Positions 52,985 to 64,000 of a DNA stretch of 64,000 nucleotides are shown piece by piece. The number at the start of each line of letters is the position of its first letter. Position 1 is the first letter of the stretch. The DNA comes from Leucoraja ocellata. Lineage: Eukaryota. The translations under genes and the position numbers were made by a program. The stretch covers positions 10,602,001-10,666,000 of the forward strand of contig JAWMAR010000040.1 in NCBI GenBank assembly GCA_036785375.1, written 5' to 3'. The notes below the pieces were generated by a model. The model was not told the DNA's origin and did no database searches. It saw only the letters and a list, made by a program, of their open reading frames with translations.

Positions 52985-54170
52985 GGGGGGGGGGAGTCAA
53001 AAACTTCAAATTCCTGTGCGTGCATATTTCCGAAGATCTTTCCTGGACCTAGCACACTGATGCAATTATAAATAAAGCACATCATTGCCTCTACTTCTTG
53101 AGAAGATTACGGAGATTTGATATGTCAGAGAGGATTCTCTTGAACTTCTACAGATGTACAGCAGAGAGCATATTGATTGGTTGCATCACGGCCTGGTTCG
53201 GCAATTTGAACGCCCAAGAGCGGAAAAGACTGCAAAAAGTTGTGAACACTGCTCAGTCCATCACCGGATCTAACCTCCCCACCATCGGATTTATCAGAGT
53301 CGCTGCTTCAAAAAGGCAGCCAGGATCATCAGAGACCCACACCATCCTTAACACACACTCATTTCATCCCTGCCATCGGGAAGAAGGTACATAAGCCTGA
53401 AAACGGTAACGTTCAGGTTCAGGAACAGCTTCTTACTTACAAACTTACAAAATTCTTAAGGGGTTGGACAGGCTAGATGCAGGAAGATTGTTCCCGATGT
53501 TAGGGAAGTCCAGGACAAGGGGTCACAGCTTAAGGATAAAGGGGAAATCCTTTAAAACCGAGATGAGAAGAACTTTTTTCACACAGAGAGTGGTGATTCT
53601 CTGGAATTCTCTGCCACAGAAGGTAGTTGAGGCCAGTTCATTGGCTATATTTAAGAGGGAGTTAGATGTGGCCATTGTGGCTAAAGGGATCAGGGGGTAT
53701 GGAGAGAAGGCAGGAACAGGATACTGAGTTGGATGATCAGCCATGATCATATTGAATGGCGGTGCAGGCTTGAAGGGCCGAATGGCCTACTCCTGCACCT
53801 ATTTTCTATGTTTCTATGTTTCTACAGGCATCAAGCTATTACACTACAACTTCAAATAAGCTCTGAACTATAATAGACGATTATTATTATTGCACTACCA
53901 NNNNNNNNNNNNNNNNNNNNNNNNNNNNNNNNNNNNNNNNNNNNNNNNNNNNNNNNNNNNNNNNNNNNNNNNNNNNNNNNNNNNNNNNNNNNNNNNNNNN
54001 NNNNNNNNNNNNNNNNNNNNNNNNNNNNNNNNNNNNNNACAGTGAAATGGTTTCTTCTCTTGTTTATCATATTGTTTACAGTGTACAATGTTTATATATT
54101 CTGTTGTGCTGCAGCAAGTAAGAATTTCATTGTTCTATCTGGGACATATGACAATAAAACACTCTTGACT
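52985..54170 (+). mobile_element. Rex1/Babar LINE 3' part with nested young CR1 3' end (53440-53825)
   Basis: RRLRRFDMSERILLNFYRCTAESILIGCITAWFGN; CR1 segment LDAGRLFPMLGKSRTRGHSL. Confidence 0.85.
53901..54038. other. Assembly gap (138 N)
   Basis: Run of n. Confidence 1.
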
Positions 54171-55339
54171 CTATTTGTGTCTATCTTCAGTTTAAACCAG
54201 TATGCAGTTCCTTACACATAAAGTTGGAGGGAGTTGTTTCATGGAAAAGGTTGCTGGAACAGGCATTTTTTTTAGGATGAGAAGCATCTGTGACACTGGC
54301 TATTTTATGGTTTTCAGAGAAGTTGATCAAAACATTTAGAAGAATGTGGAACGAATTGCAGAAAGAGAAAGTAGGGCAGTGGGCTGCCGCGGACAGTTGT
54401 CTAAAAGTTTTCTACTTAAGATTCAAAGATTTTAAAAAAGGGACAAAAGTTAAGACACATTAAATTGCTTACCTTTTTTCTTTAAGATGTCTTGCAAGGA
54501 TTCAAGTATTGCTTCTCCAGTTCATCTGAAAATGAACGCGTCTTGTTTCTTGCCTAAGCAATAGTGGTATGGTTTGGTGGCTGGTATACTGTCCTCATAA
54601 AATAGAGTTCCTAATCCAGTCTGTGTTTGCTTAAGGTATCTTCAGAACTATATACTCCTCTCATACTGATCAACGTTCTAAATCTGGTTTGTACTGCACA
54701 ATATTCTGTGAATTAAACATTTTCAAAATTAGGTTGTGGAATAGAATATTTACTATTCTGTAATGATATGACTGAAAAGAGCACACACTGACTTTCTTTG
54801 ATCACCTCACATTATGCATATTGTATGTTGCCAAACATAATTTTTTTTTTGTGGTTGTCACTGTATAAGTGTTCTTCCTAGAAAATAAGTTGACAGATGC
54901 CCATGGATTCATCAGTTCAAACCACAGAATGAAGAGAAGCTCTATGCTTCCTGTAATTCATCTCTCACTGAGCACTTCGCCAGAGATTTTATTAAATTTG
55001 TTCGTAGTTTATAACTACATTTTTATAACGTACTAGACTAAGTGGGACCAACCCAGCATCACACGGGAGGGCTAGTCCCCCAACGCAATATTCCACCTCT
55101 CCACCAATTCCAATATTGGTGGGCAATGGGGGGGGTTTCTGGAGCGCTAGTATGGGTGTTGTGGGCTGAAGGGATTGGTTTTCTGAGGGCTAGTATGGAC
55201 ATTGTGGGCCGAATGGATTATTGGGCTGGCGGCTCAGTCACTCAAGCCTGTTGTGCTGGCAGCTCACTCACTCATGGCTGGTGGGCTGGCAGTTGACTCA
55301 CAGCTATTTCTTGAAATTCCATTTCAAGCAGGGTGCAAG

Positions 55340-56300
55340 GCTATAAAAACCTGGATGCAACATAACTTCCTCAAACTCAACAGCGATAAAACAGAATTCC
55401 TCTTCATAGGCTCCAAATCTACACTCAGCAAAATCAATAACCCTACTCTCGCCATCGACGGCACCACTGTGTCCCCAGGCCCGCAACCGTGGCGTGATCT
55501 TTGATTCCACCCTCTCCCTTGAGCCTCACATCCGCCATGTCATTAAAACCTCCTTCTTTCACCTCCGCAACATCGCCAAAATCAGACCCTCTCTCACACC
55601 TCCCGCTGCTGAAAGACTCATCCATGCCTTCATCTCCTCCCGACTGGACTACAACTCACTTCTCCTTGGCATCAGCTCCACCTACATCAACCAACTCCAA
55701 CTGGTCCAGAACGCAGCCGCCCGACTCATCACCCACACCAAATACTGGCATCACATCACTCCAGTCCTCAAACAACTTCACTGGCTTCCCATCTCCCACC
55801 GGATCACCTACAAAATCCTGGTCCACACCTACAAAGCCCTCCACCATCTGGCCCCCCCATATCTCACTGACCTCCTCTCCCCCTACCAACCCTCACGGTC
55901 CCTCAGATCCACATCAGCTGGTCTCCTCTCCATCCACAAGTCCAACCTCCGCAGTTTTGGGGACAGAGCCTTCTCCAGGGCAGCTCCCAGGCTCTGGCAT
56001 TCCCTCCCCCAACTGATCCGCAATTCCGTGTCCCTCACCATCTTCCAGTCCCGCCTCAAGACCCATCTCTTCACCTCTGCCTATCCTTAGCCCCACGTCC
56101 CCCTCTCTTTTCACCTGTGCTTGAATTGCCTCATATTGTGTTTTGAATTGAATTCTGTCTTTAATTTGTGTACTAGTCATGTCTTTACTATTTATTTAAT
56201 TCCGCTTACATGTTTTTCCTCTACTTGCTAAATTTTTGTAGGGTGTCCTTGAGACTCTTAAAAGGCGCCCATAAATAAAATGTATTATTATTATTATTAA
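55340..56300 (+). mobile_element. L2-clade LINE 3' fragment
   Basis: WMQHNFLKLNSDKTEFL; FFHLRNIAKIRP..IHAFISSRLDY..LQLVQNAAAR..HITPVLKQLHWLP; (tta)n tail; AAGGC on both flanks. Confidence 0.9.
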
Positions 56301-56693
56301 GGCCACTAAAGACAGCGAGTCGTGACCTCTCCCTCCTCCATCTTGCAGAGACTGAGCCACGCCCACACTTCTGGGTTTTATAGCCCCTCCCCCTCCCACC
56401 AGAAGGGGCGTGGTCTTCATGGCATGATTGCCAGGAGAGAATCTCAAATGTTTTAAAACACTAATAACTTTTATTTTTCATTGATGGGAAAAATCCTCGG
56501 CACCTGATGAGTGGAGGGGGATTCTGAGTAAGATGGCCAAAAATCACAGCCGTACATGGTAGCATTTTTTCTAAAATCAATATAAAGCGCAAACAAGAAG
56601 TGGTCAAGATTAGACTTTTAATTATTTAGAAGGCAACGCAACTTTAATTAGGCAAGGCAACTTCAATGAGGCAAGGCAACTTTAATTTAGGCA

Positions 56694-57000
56694 AGGCAAC
56701 ACAGCTTTAGCATTTCCAAACCAAAGGCAACACAGCTTTTGCATTTCCAAACCAAAGGCAACACAGCTTTAGCATTTCCAAACCAAAGGCAACACAGCTT
56801 TAGCATTTCCAAACCAAAGGCAACACAGCTTTAGAATTTCCAAACCAAAGGCAACACAGCTTTAGCATTTCCAAACCAAAGGCAACACAGCTTTAGCATT
56901 TCCAAACCAAAGGCAACACAGCTTTAGCATTTCCAAACCAAAGGCAACACAGCTTTAGCATTTCCAAACCAAAGGCATCACAGTGTTTGCATTTCCAAAC
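56694..57000. repeat. 31-bp minisatellite, about 10 copies (preceded by ~19-bp aggcaaggcaactttaatt repeats)
   Basis: AGGCAACACAGCTTTAGCATTTCCAAACCAA tandem units. Confidence 0.95.
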
Positions 57001-57729
57001 TATATTTTCAAACCACATTAAGGGCACTGACAGTAAAACCACTCAAAGTTTAGTAGACATGTGTTCAGTGTTATTCATAGCTCAGACTGAGAGACGTGAC
57101 CCTCTCGCTCCCCCATCTTGCAGAGACTGACTGCGGCACTCAACACGTCCGGGTTTTATAGTCCCTCCGGAAGGGGCGTGGCCTACAGGAGAGAGAATCT
57201 CAACATTTTTTAACCACTAATAACTCTTTTATTTTTCATCGATGGGAAAAATCCTCTTTTCCTGCGCAGCGGAGGGGGACTGAGTAAGATGGCCAAAAAT
57301 CACAGCCGTAAGTGGCAGCGTTTTTTCTAAAATCAATACACAGAACAACAGGAATTGGTCAAGATCAGACTTTTAGTAACATAGATTTAATATGAATCCC
57401 TCTATTATACAATGAAATCCTTCTGTATTAAAGATAACAAGATTGTTATCAGTATAAATTGCAATGTGAGTTATCACATTGTAAGATATATCTGGTCCCA
57501 AAATGACCTAACGGATTAACGTAGGCACACAAGGGCTAGAAATATGCTCATGCTGAAAATCACACGTTGAAATGACTATGTGCTGGGATCCATGCTGGTT
57601 TGACTTGATGCTGTTTGTACCTTCTGAAGTGTTATTCATGCCATTCTTTTTTACATTAAAGGGGATCGGTTATGGGAGTTCTAACCAGCAACTGAAAGTA
57701 ACATATTAATTGCTTGCACCTCTTAAAGG

Positions 57730-58115
57730 AAACATAGAAACATAGAAACATAGAAATTAGGTGCAGGAGTAGGCCATTCGGTCCTTCGAGCCTGCACCGC
57801 CATTCAATATGATCATGGCTGATCATCCAACTCAGTATCCCGTACCTGCCTTCTCTCCATACCCCCTGATCCCCTTAGGCACAAGGGCCACATCTAACTC
57901 CCTCTTAAATATAGCCAATGAACTGGCCTCAACTACCCTCTGTGGCAGAGAGTTCCAGAGATTCACCACTCTCTGCGTGAAAAAAGTTCTTCTCATCTCG
58001 GTTTTAAAGGATTTCCCCTTTATCCTTAAGCTGTGACCCCTTGTCCTGGACTTCCCCAACATCGGGAACAATCTTCCTGCATCTAGCCTGTCCAACCCCT
58101 TAAGAATTTTGTAAG
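57730..58115 (-). mobile_element. Young CR1 3' end
   Basis: Near-identical to 53440-53825; (catagaaa)n tail. Confidence 0.9.
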
Positions 58116-58666
58116 ATGCTCACTGTTTGCAGCAATTATTTCGGGGCACTGCACAGGTTGGTGAGTTGAATATTCACAGCACCTGTGTGAAGACAGATAT
58201 TAGCTAAATGTTGCCCTCAAAACGTGGCAGCACAAATATTTTGAAGAAAGACTTTTGAAGAAGTTACGATCATTGATAAGATGATGAAGTATTTACCCTT
58301 GGTTCCTGAGCCTTTCTGGATTATCCGTGTTGCCAGACCAACATAGGTCATGTGAGGGATGGGGGGACGGGGTAGCAGATACCGGGCCACAAAGCTGTGT
58401 ATGGAAGAGATTATCATGAGAACAGATCTGCCGATTCTGGCCGGGCTGGGGTTCCAGAGCCCCGGTCGCAGGGGGCAGATTTGACTCCAAGATGTCACGG
58501 AAGTCCGGATGAAGTTGAGATCAGCAGCCTCACCCGACCTAGGCGCCAGATTTTAAGGGGTGCAATTTGTCTGGATTAGAGGGGGGGATGCGGACAGCCA
58601 GTTGCTGGAAAATCGGTGGTGGGCCTGTAGCATAATTTTGAAAACCTTAAGTGTAAGTGAGCTGTA

Positions 58667-59040
58667 AGGGCCTGTCCCACTTTCCCGAGTTATTCACAAA
58701 TTCTCCTGAGTTATTCACGAATTCTCCCTAGTTTTCACTTGCAGAATGTTCATAACAAGTCCGTAGGAGGCCGTAGGAGTCCGTGGATATATCGTAGCGA
58801 CTCGTTATGCCAGCCGTAGGTAAGTCGGGACATTTCTTCCAGCCTGATGATTTAATGTCCACGAGTAAAAAAAAGCCCCAAGTATCTACGGCTGGCATAA
58901 CGAGCTGCTACGATATATCTACGGACTCCTACGGCCTCCTACAGACTCGTTACGACCAATCTGCGAGTTTGAAAACTCGGGAGAATTCGTGAATAACTTA
59001 GGAGAATTCGTGAATAACTCGGGAAAGTGGGACAGGCCCT
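58667..59040. mobile_element. PIF/Harbinger-like palindromic MITE
   Basis: AGGGCCTGTCCCACTTTCCCGAGTTATTCAC...GTGAATAACTCGGGAAAGTGGGACAGGCCCT|TTA; nearly the whole element folds back. Confidence 0.85.
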
Positions 59041-60925
59041 TTATGGATACAGATTTGTAAAGGAGGCAAGATAAGGATGTTGATCAACTGCATTTGGTGC
59101 AAAGTGCAGTTACACTATTTTCACGAGTATCATACAAAACTAATGTTAATATTGGTTCACTAGTTGCTTTTGAGTTGGAAGGTCCATATGTGAGGGTGCT
59201 TCTTGGGGGAGACATTTAACCAAAGTTTTTTATGCCCTTTCAGGTTGACCTTAAAGATTTCATGCCAGTATCTGATGGCGAATAAGTTGTCCTGAGATCA
59301 TTTGTCCTTTGCCCAACACAATTAAAAGTGTTTACCTGTTGCTATTCATGGAATCTGGCAAATGAGATTGTTATCCTGTGCGTAGGTGTGGTACAAACAC
59401 AGCAAAGCATGGTGGGGTATATACATCACTACGAGGCCTTGATGAGCAGAAAAATATACTGACATTTTCTAAATTGTAATGATTGTTGGTTGGGAAGTTG
59501 AAGACCAACAAGGTCCAGCCTCTGCTTAGGTTTGCTTATGTTTCACACATTCTAAAGATGTGCAGGTTGGTAGGCTAATTTGTCCTAGTGTATGGTGCAT
59601 GGTAGTATCTCGGGGAAACTGGTGGAGATGGGGATGAGGAGGTGGTTAAAAAAGGGATTTGAGTGGGATTAAATTATATGGGCACTTGAATGCTTGATGT
59701 GAACTCAGTGAGCCATATGACTTATTCTTCTTGCGTATGGCGTGCACAGCTTAAAGTTGTAGGACAACCTTTTAGCCATATGACTGACTCCATGGACCTG
59801 AAGGTTATCGTGGCACTTTCTGCAGAGGAGTGATGAATTCTTCCAGTTTCCTTGCCACTATTTTTCCACCTTGCAAAACAGAAGCAGGTTACTGCATCTC
59901 AATTGCTGTACGTGAAATCTGCACTAACAGAGACACATTTTAAGGCATTGTAGAGGATGAAAAGCACAATATAATTACAGTTCTTTATTTCTTTCTAGGA
60001 AGATTGCTCTTGTGAAAAAACAAACAGTGCAATGAAAGATTAACAAACATTCTGATTTAGCTCAGTTTGTATTCCCACACAATTTGTATAATATAGTCAC
60101 AGTGCAAATAAATAACTTGATCACTTACTTGATAACACATATGTTCTCCAGGGGATCATTTTCAATTCCGGATGTCAGTTATTACATCAACAAATAAATT
60201 GTATAATTAATCAAAGGTATAACCTACAACTTTTTCAGACAAGTTTTAAAATTACTGCAGCAGTTTGTATGTATACCAACTTATCAATGGTAGAAGTCAG
60301 AACAATAGATAAGAAGATTTCCTGCTTCAAAACCACCAAGTTTTGCATAAATCATGGAGATTGCCTTGTGTAAACAGTTTGTACTGGTTCATTCACGATT
60401 CCCCAGAGAACACATTTGCAGAAGTTAGATACGTGTTCCTATTGCAGATTTCAACTGTTGTGTTTTAAGATGACTTATGATGTAGCATCTCGGTTTCCAG
60501 GTTAAAAATCAATTAATTTTGGAAACATCAGCTATATTCGGATTCATCATTTGCTTTGAGTTTTTCCAGTTAAAACACTAGAAATTTATTTTTTTAACAA
60601 TTTATTTGATTTTATCTCTTATAGGAAACAATAATTACAAAACTAGGCAATAAAAATATTTTCAATAAAAATTCTCTCAGTGTTATTTTCAGCAAGATTT
60701 GTGCCGTCTTTTTTGCGAGATTTTGATAAATGTTGGTCCCTTAGAAGATGAGAATGGGAATTAACAAAGGAAAATGGAAAATTTGCAGAGGTTCTGAATG
60801 ATCATTTTGGACTAGTCTTCATGATAGAACACTAAAATCATCCCAATAACTATAGATAATCAGTGTGCTTGAGTCTGGAGAAGGGTCTCGACCAAAAATG
60901 TCACCCATTCTTTCTCTCCAGATTA

Positions 60926-61440
60926 AGGGCCAGTCCCACTGCGGGGACCTAATTCGCGAGTTTAGAAGAGTTTGCCCTCGACTCATACTTGCAGCATATT
61001 CAACATGAGGTCCTAAGAGGTCTTTGTAATTCTCCTTCATGCTCGAGAGTTGTCCCCGCGTACTCGAGGCCTCAGTTAGTTTGTGGCGTTTTTTTCTGCA
61101 AGCTGAAAATTGCCCGTGAGTAAAAAAAGGTTGCCATGGAAAAAATCAATATTTTTTAACTCGTAGGTTTAGTTGAGGTAGGTTGTAGTAGGTCGTAATG
61201 CTATCGTAGGTAATCAAAGGTAATCGGAGGTAATAGCTCGTTGAGAAAAAACAAGGTAAGTAAAACGACTGGTAATGTTAAATGCCCGCTAAACTTTATT
61301 AAAAGTTGTCTGGCTTCTTAAAAGTGTCTCGACTCCTTCTCTCCCCTTCTCCCCCCCTTCTCCCATCCTTCTCCCCCCCTTCTCCCCCCTTCTCTCCCCC
61401 TTCTCTCCCCCTCTCTCCAGTTCTCTCCACCCCCTCCTAA
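60926..61440. mobile_element. Truncated MITE of the 38694 family, inserted in a short repeat
   Basis: TTA|AGGGCCAGTCCCACTGCGGGGACCTAAT..., same internal sequence and CT tract as 38694-39220. Confidence 0.8.
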
Positions 61441-62029
61441 ACGAAGTGGTTGCCGAGAAAGATGAAGTATTGGTTTAATAAAACAAAATACCCTGCATTC
61501 TGGAGAGGTGCCAGAGGATTGGGAAATTGCAAATGTGATGCCAATATTCAGGGAAGAAGGGTAGCAGAGAGCAGGAAAGCTAGTTAGTTTATAGTTTACT
61601 ATCATCCGTCATTGAGAAAGTGTTGGGAATCCATTATCAAGGCGGTAGAAAAGTAGACACGCAGAAAATCATAAGACCATCAATGAGCCTTCATAGTTTT
61701 ATGAAAGGGAAATTGTGTTTGACAAATTCACTGGAGTTCTTTGACAATAAGAATTGTGTGCAAAAGAGAACCAGTGGATGTAATGTTCAAGAAGGAACTG
61801 CAGATGCTGGAAAATCGAAGGTAGACAAAAGTGCTGGAGAAACTCAGCGGGTGCTGTAGCATCTATGGAGCGAAGGAAATAGGCAACGTTTCGGGCCGAA
61901 ACCCTTCTTCAGTCGATGCCGACCTAGTTTTCGATGCCGACCCGACCTCAGTTAGCATTGGCAGATTTTTGAAAGGGATTTCAATGTCGACATTCGAGCT
62001 GCCCATCGCAGAGCGCCTCCAGACCAGAT

Positions 62030-63295
62030 AGCTGCTGTACGGATCTGTCGCCGGATCTGAAGCCATTCAATGAGATGAGCGGTTCCTCTATGCCCCGACT
62101 GTAATGAGTGACAAAAATGAGGAGACCACCCCTCAAGAGTCTATAAACGACCCATTCTGTCTAATGACCAAGTTCAGTCACCTGTGTGAACTTCAGACCA
62201 ACATGGTTATGGAACGCAACAAATTCTATCAAGGAAACTAGCTCCCTGGCGAGCCTGTCGAGGCTTACATCAGTACCATAAAACACATTGCAAGCCGGTG
62301 TTGTTTTGGAGACCTGTGTGACGAGGTTGTCCACGATAGCCTGGTGAGTGGCATCTTGAATGATAAAGTGAAAAGTAAACTACTACGGGATGCTGATTTA
62401 ACTCATCGGAGCAGAGCATGTCAGCCGCGTTGCTGAAGCTACTGACTCTCATATCCGCCTCGCAGGGCTGGGTCCGCAGTCATCGTACCATGTGAGTGTT
62501 GCCAACCCATTCTGGGAAGATGGGGCGCCGTCAAGTATGGCTGCTCTGCCTGCAGCTGTCTGTCCTTTTCACCCTTTTTTTTTGTTTTTAGTGCCTTTTT
62601 GTTTTGAGCTCTAGTCTTTTGTGCGGGGAGGGGTGGGGGGGGGGGGGGGGATGATTAAGGAGGAAACTGTATTCTCGGTCCCTACCTGGTTGGAGTTATG
62701 GCTTTCCACCGTGCCGCATCTTTGCCCCTTCCTCGCGGCCTGCCAACGGGCCTGGAGTGGCGTTTCCTGCTGGGACCGGCCAGAACTTCAGCTGAAAAAT
62801 CATCGCGGAGTGGGCGATGCTTTATCCAGGTCGCCGTTTGGTAAGCTCCAGAGTGCTGGGCCCGCCGACTTCAACATTGTAGAGCAGTGGTCATGGGGCG
62901 TCCAGCTGCAGGTGGCGCTGAGTTTAAACATCGCGGAGCCTGGTATCTCTCTCCGAGATCGCCAGTGTTGGATGTCTGACCAGCGCGACTTCGGGAGCCA
63001 TGGTCTCCGGGGAGGAAGCTGCCGTTACAGGCATTCCAAGCCGCTGAGAGTGTTCTCCTGACCGGAACTCCATCTTCCGGCGAGAGGGCCTGCAACATCA
63101 GACTGCCGTTGCGACGACTGCAGTGGCCTCAATAGGCCCGACCATGGGTGAACAAAACAAACTTCAAAGAATGGAATCCCAAGGCATCATCGCTGCAGTC
63201 AACGACCCGTCGGATTGGGTCTCAACCATAGTAGTGGCCACCAAGAAAAACAAAGACGAAATACGAACCTGTATCAACCCCAGAGATCGGAACAG
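62030..63295 (+). mobile_element. Gypsy LTR-retrotransposon relic (gag about 62130-62460; RT start about 63150-63295) split by another repeat
   Basis: ERNKFY...PGEPVEAYI..IKHIASRCCFG; KLQRMESQGIIAAVNDPSDWVSTIVVATKKNKDEIRTCINPRD. Confidence 0.7.
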
Positions 63296-63299
63296 TGCA

Positions 63300-63945
63300 A
63301 AATTCAGAGTCTCTCTGAGGATCCTTCAGTGCTTCTACTCTGCGGCTGTAGAAAGCATCCGGCAACATCACTATCTTTTTTGGGAACTGCTCTGCACAGG
63401 ACAAGAAGGCTTTGCATTCGGCTGAACGCACTATGGGAACTACACTCGACCTATACATCAGAGGTGCAGATCCAGAGCCAGCAACATTATGGGGGACCCC
63501 TACCACCCCAGCAACAGTCTGTTCCAGCTGCTATGGTCAGACAAACACCTCCACTGTCATGCTGTGAAAACAGAGAGGATGAAACGGAATTTCTTCCTGC
63601 AGGCCATTAGAACTGTATCTAATCTCACCAGGGACTAATTTACTGTACCAATTTACTATTATGTTGTTCAAGAAGGAACTGCAGATGCTGGAAGATCGAA
63701 GGTACACAAAATTGCTGGAGAAACTCAGCTGGTGCAGCAGCATCTATGGAGCGAAGAAAATAGGCGACGTTTCAGGCCGAAACCCATGTTGTGTCTTCTT
63801 AAAAATTGCTGTTTTTTTTTCTAATATGTAATTACTGATTCTGTTCTGTAGTTTTTTGCACAATCCACAGGCATTGGCACTTTCATTTCACTGCACATCT
63901 TGTATGTGTATGTGACAAATAAACCTGACTTGACTTGACTTGATG
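63300..63945 (+). mobile_element. Rex1/Babar LINE 3' fragment with short-repeat insertion
   Basis: RILQCFYSAAVESI; aataaa plus (gactt)n tail. Confidence 0.75.
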
Positions 63946-64000
63946 TTTGCTTTGTTTAGTTGGTGGTACATTTAAGTCTTTAAACAAGGGAACTATGGTT

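Larger units (their letters stand above)
55033..57385 (-). mobile_element. Non-autonomous Helitron with duplicated 5' module, minisatellite and nested L2
   Basis: Minus strand: A|TCTATGTTACTAAAAGTC...GGGTTGGTCCC-ACTTAGT-CTAG|T (5' TC, 3' CTAG, A|T target, degenerate subterminal hairpin); ~300-bp module present twice (about 56310-56625 and 57085-57385). Confidence 0.7.

Noticed and set aside
56694-57000. CRISPR-like array
   Set aside because: Contiguous tandem units with no unique spacers, in a eukaryotic context.
59244-60063. Plus-strand acceptors (about 59243 and 59998) as IFTAP coding exons
   Set aside because: The frames I read close within about 15 codons and lack IFTAP motifs (EQTY.EFL, LPGE, FSLD..FDYD).
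14900-64000. Remnant ProtoRAG/Transib TIRs or true RSSs flanking RAG1-RAG2
   Set aside because: CACAGTG heptamers (e.g. 34012, about 50311, 56979, about 60098; also 8467 upstream) lack a correctly spaced nonamer or lie within repeats; the inverted flanking homology is Helitron-like.

Overview
Vertebrate genomic DNA, almost certainly from a cartilaginous fish (probably a skate or ray). This rests on the intronless RAG1/RAG2 proteins and a repeat landscape of CR1, HE1/V-SINE, Penelope and Rex1. Gene order: last five exons of NDUFS3 (+); two exons encoding an ELF5-type ETS domain (+, upstream exons not recognisable, possibly decaying); RAG1 (+, putative non-coding exon 1 near 21.3 kb, CDS 25193-28291); convergent RAG2 (-, CDS 42117-43676); and a CpG-island promoter with a divergent pair of ZNF143 motifs in the RAG2 intron (IFTAP/NWC/C11orf74 promoter; no IFTAP coding exon found). 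The rest is mostly transposon debris: CR1, L2, Rex1/Babar, Penelope, Gypsy, Harbinger-like MITEs and two non-autonomous Helitrons. There is one 138-N gap. Most notable observations: (1) an ELF5-like ETS gene, not TRAF6, lies upstream of RAG1 and carries a hidden compensated double frameshift; (2) the bidirectional NWC-type promoter has a candidate alternative RAG2 first exon; (3) RAG2 has a shortened acidic hinge and four T-P-x-K sites in its tail; (4) many short repeats carry minimal hammerhead-ribozyme cores; (5) two related Helitrons flank the RAG cassette in inverted orientation. I found no wholly new biological system and no RAG-transposon TIRs. Repeat boundaries are approximate; exon boundaries were read directly from the sequence.
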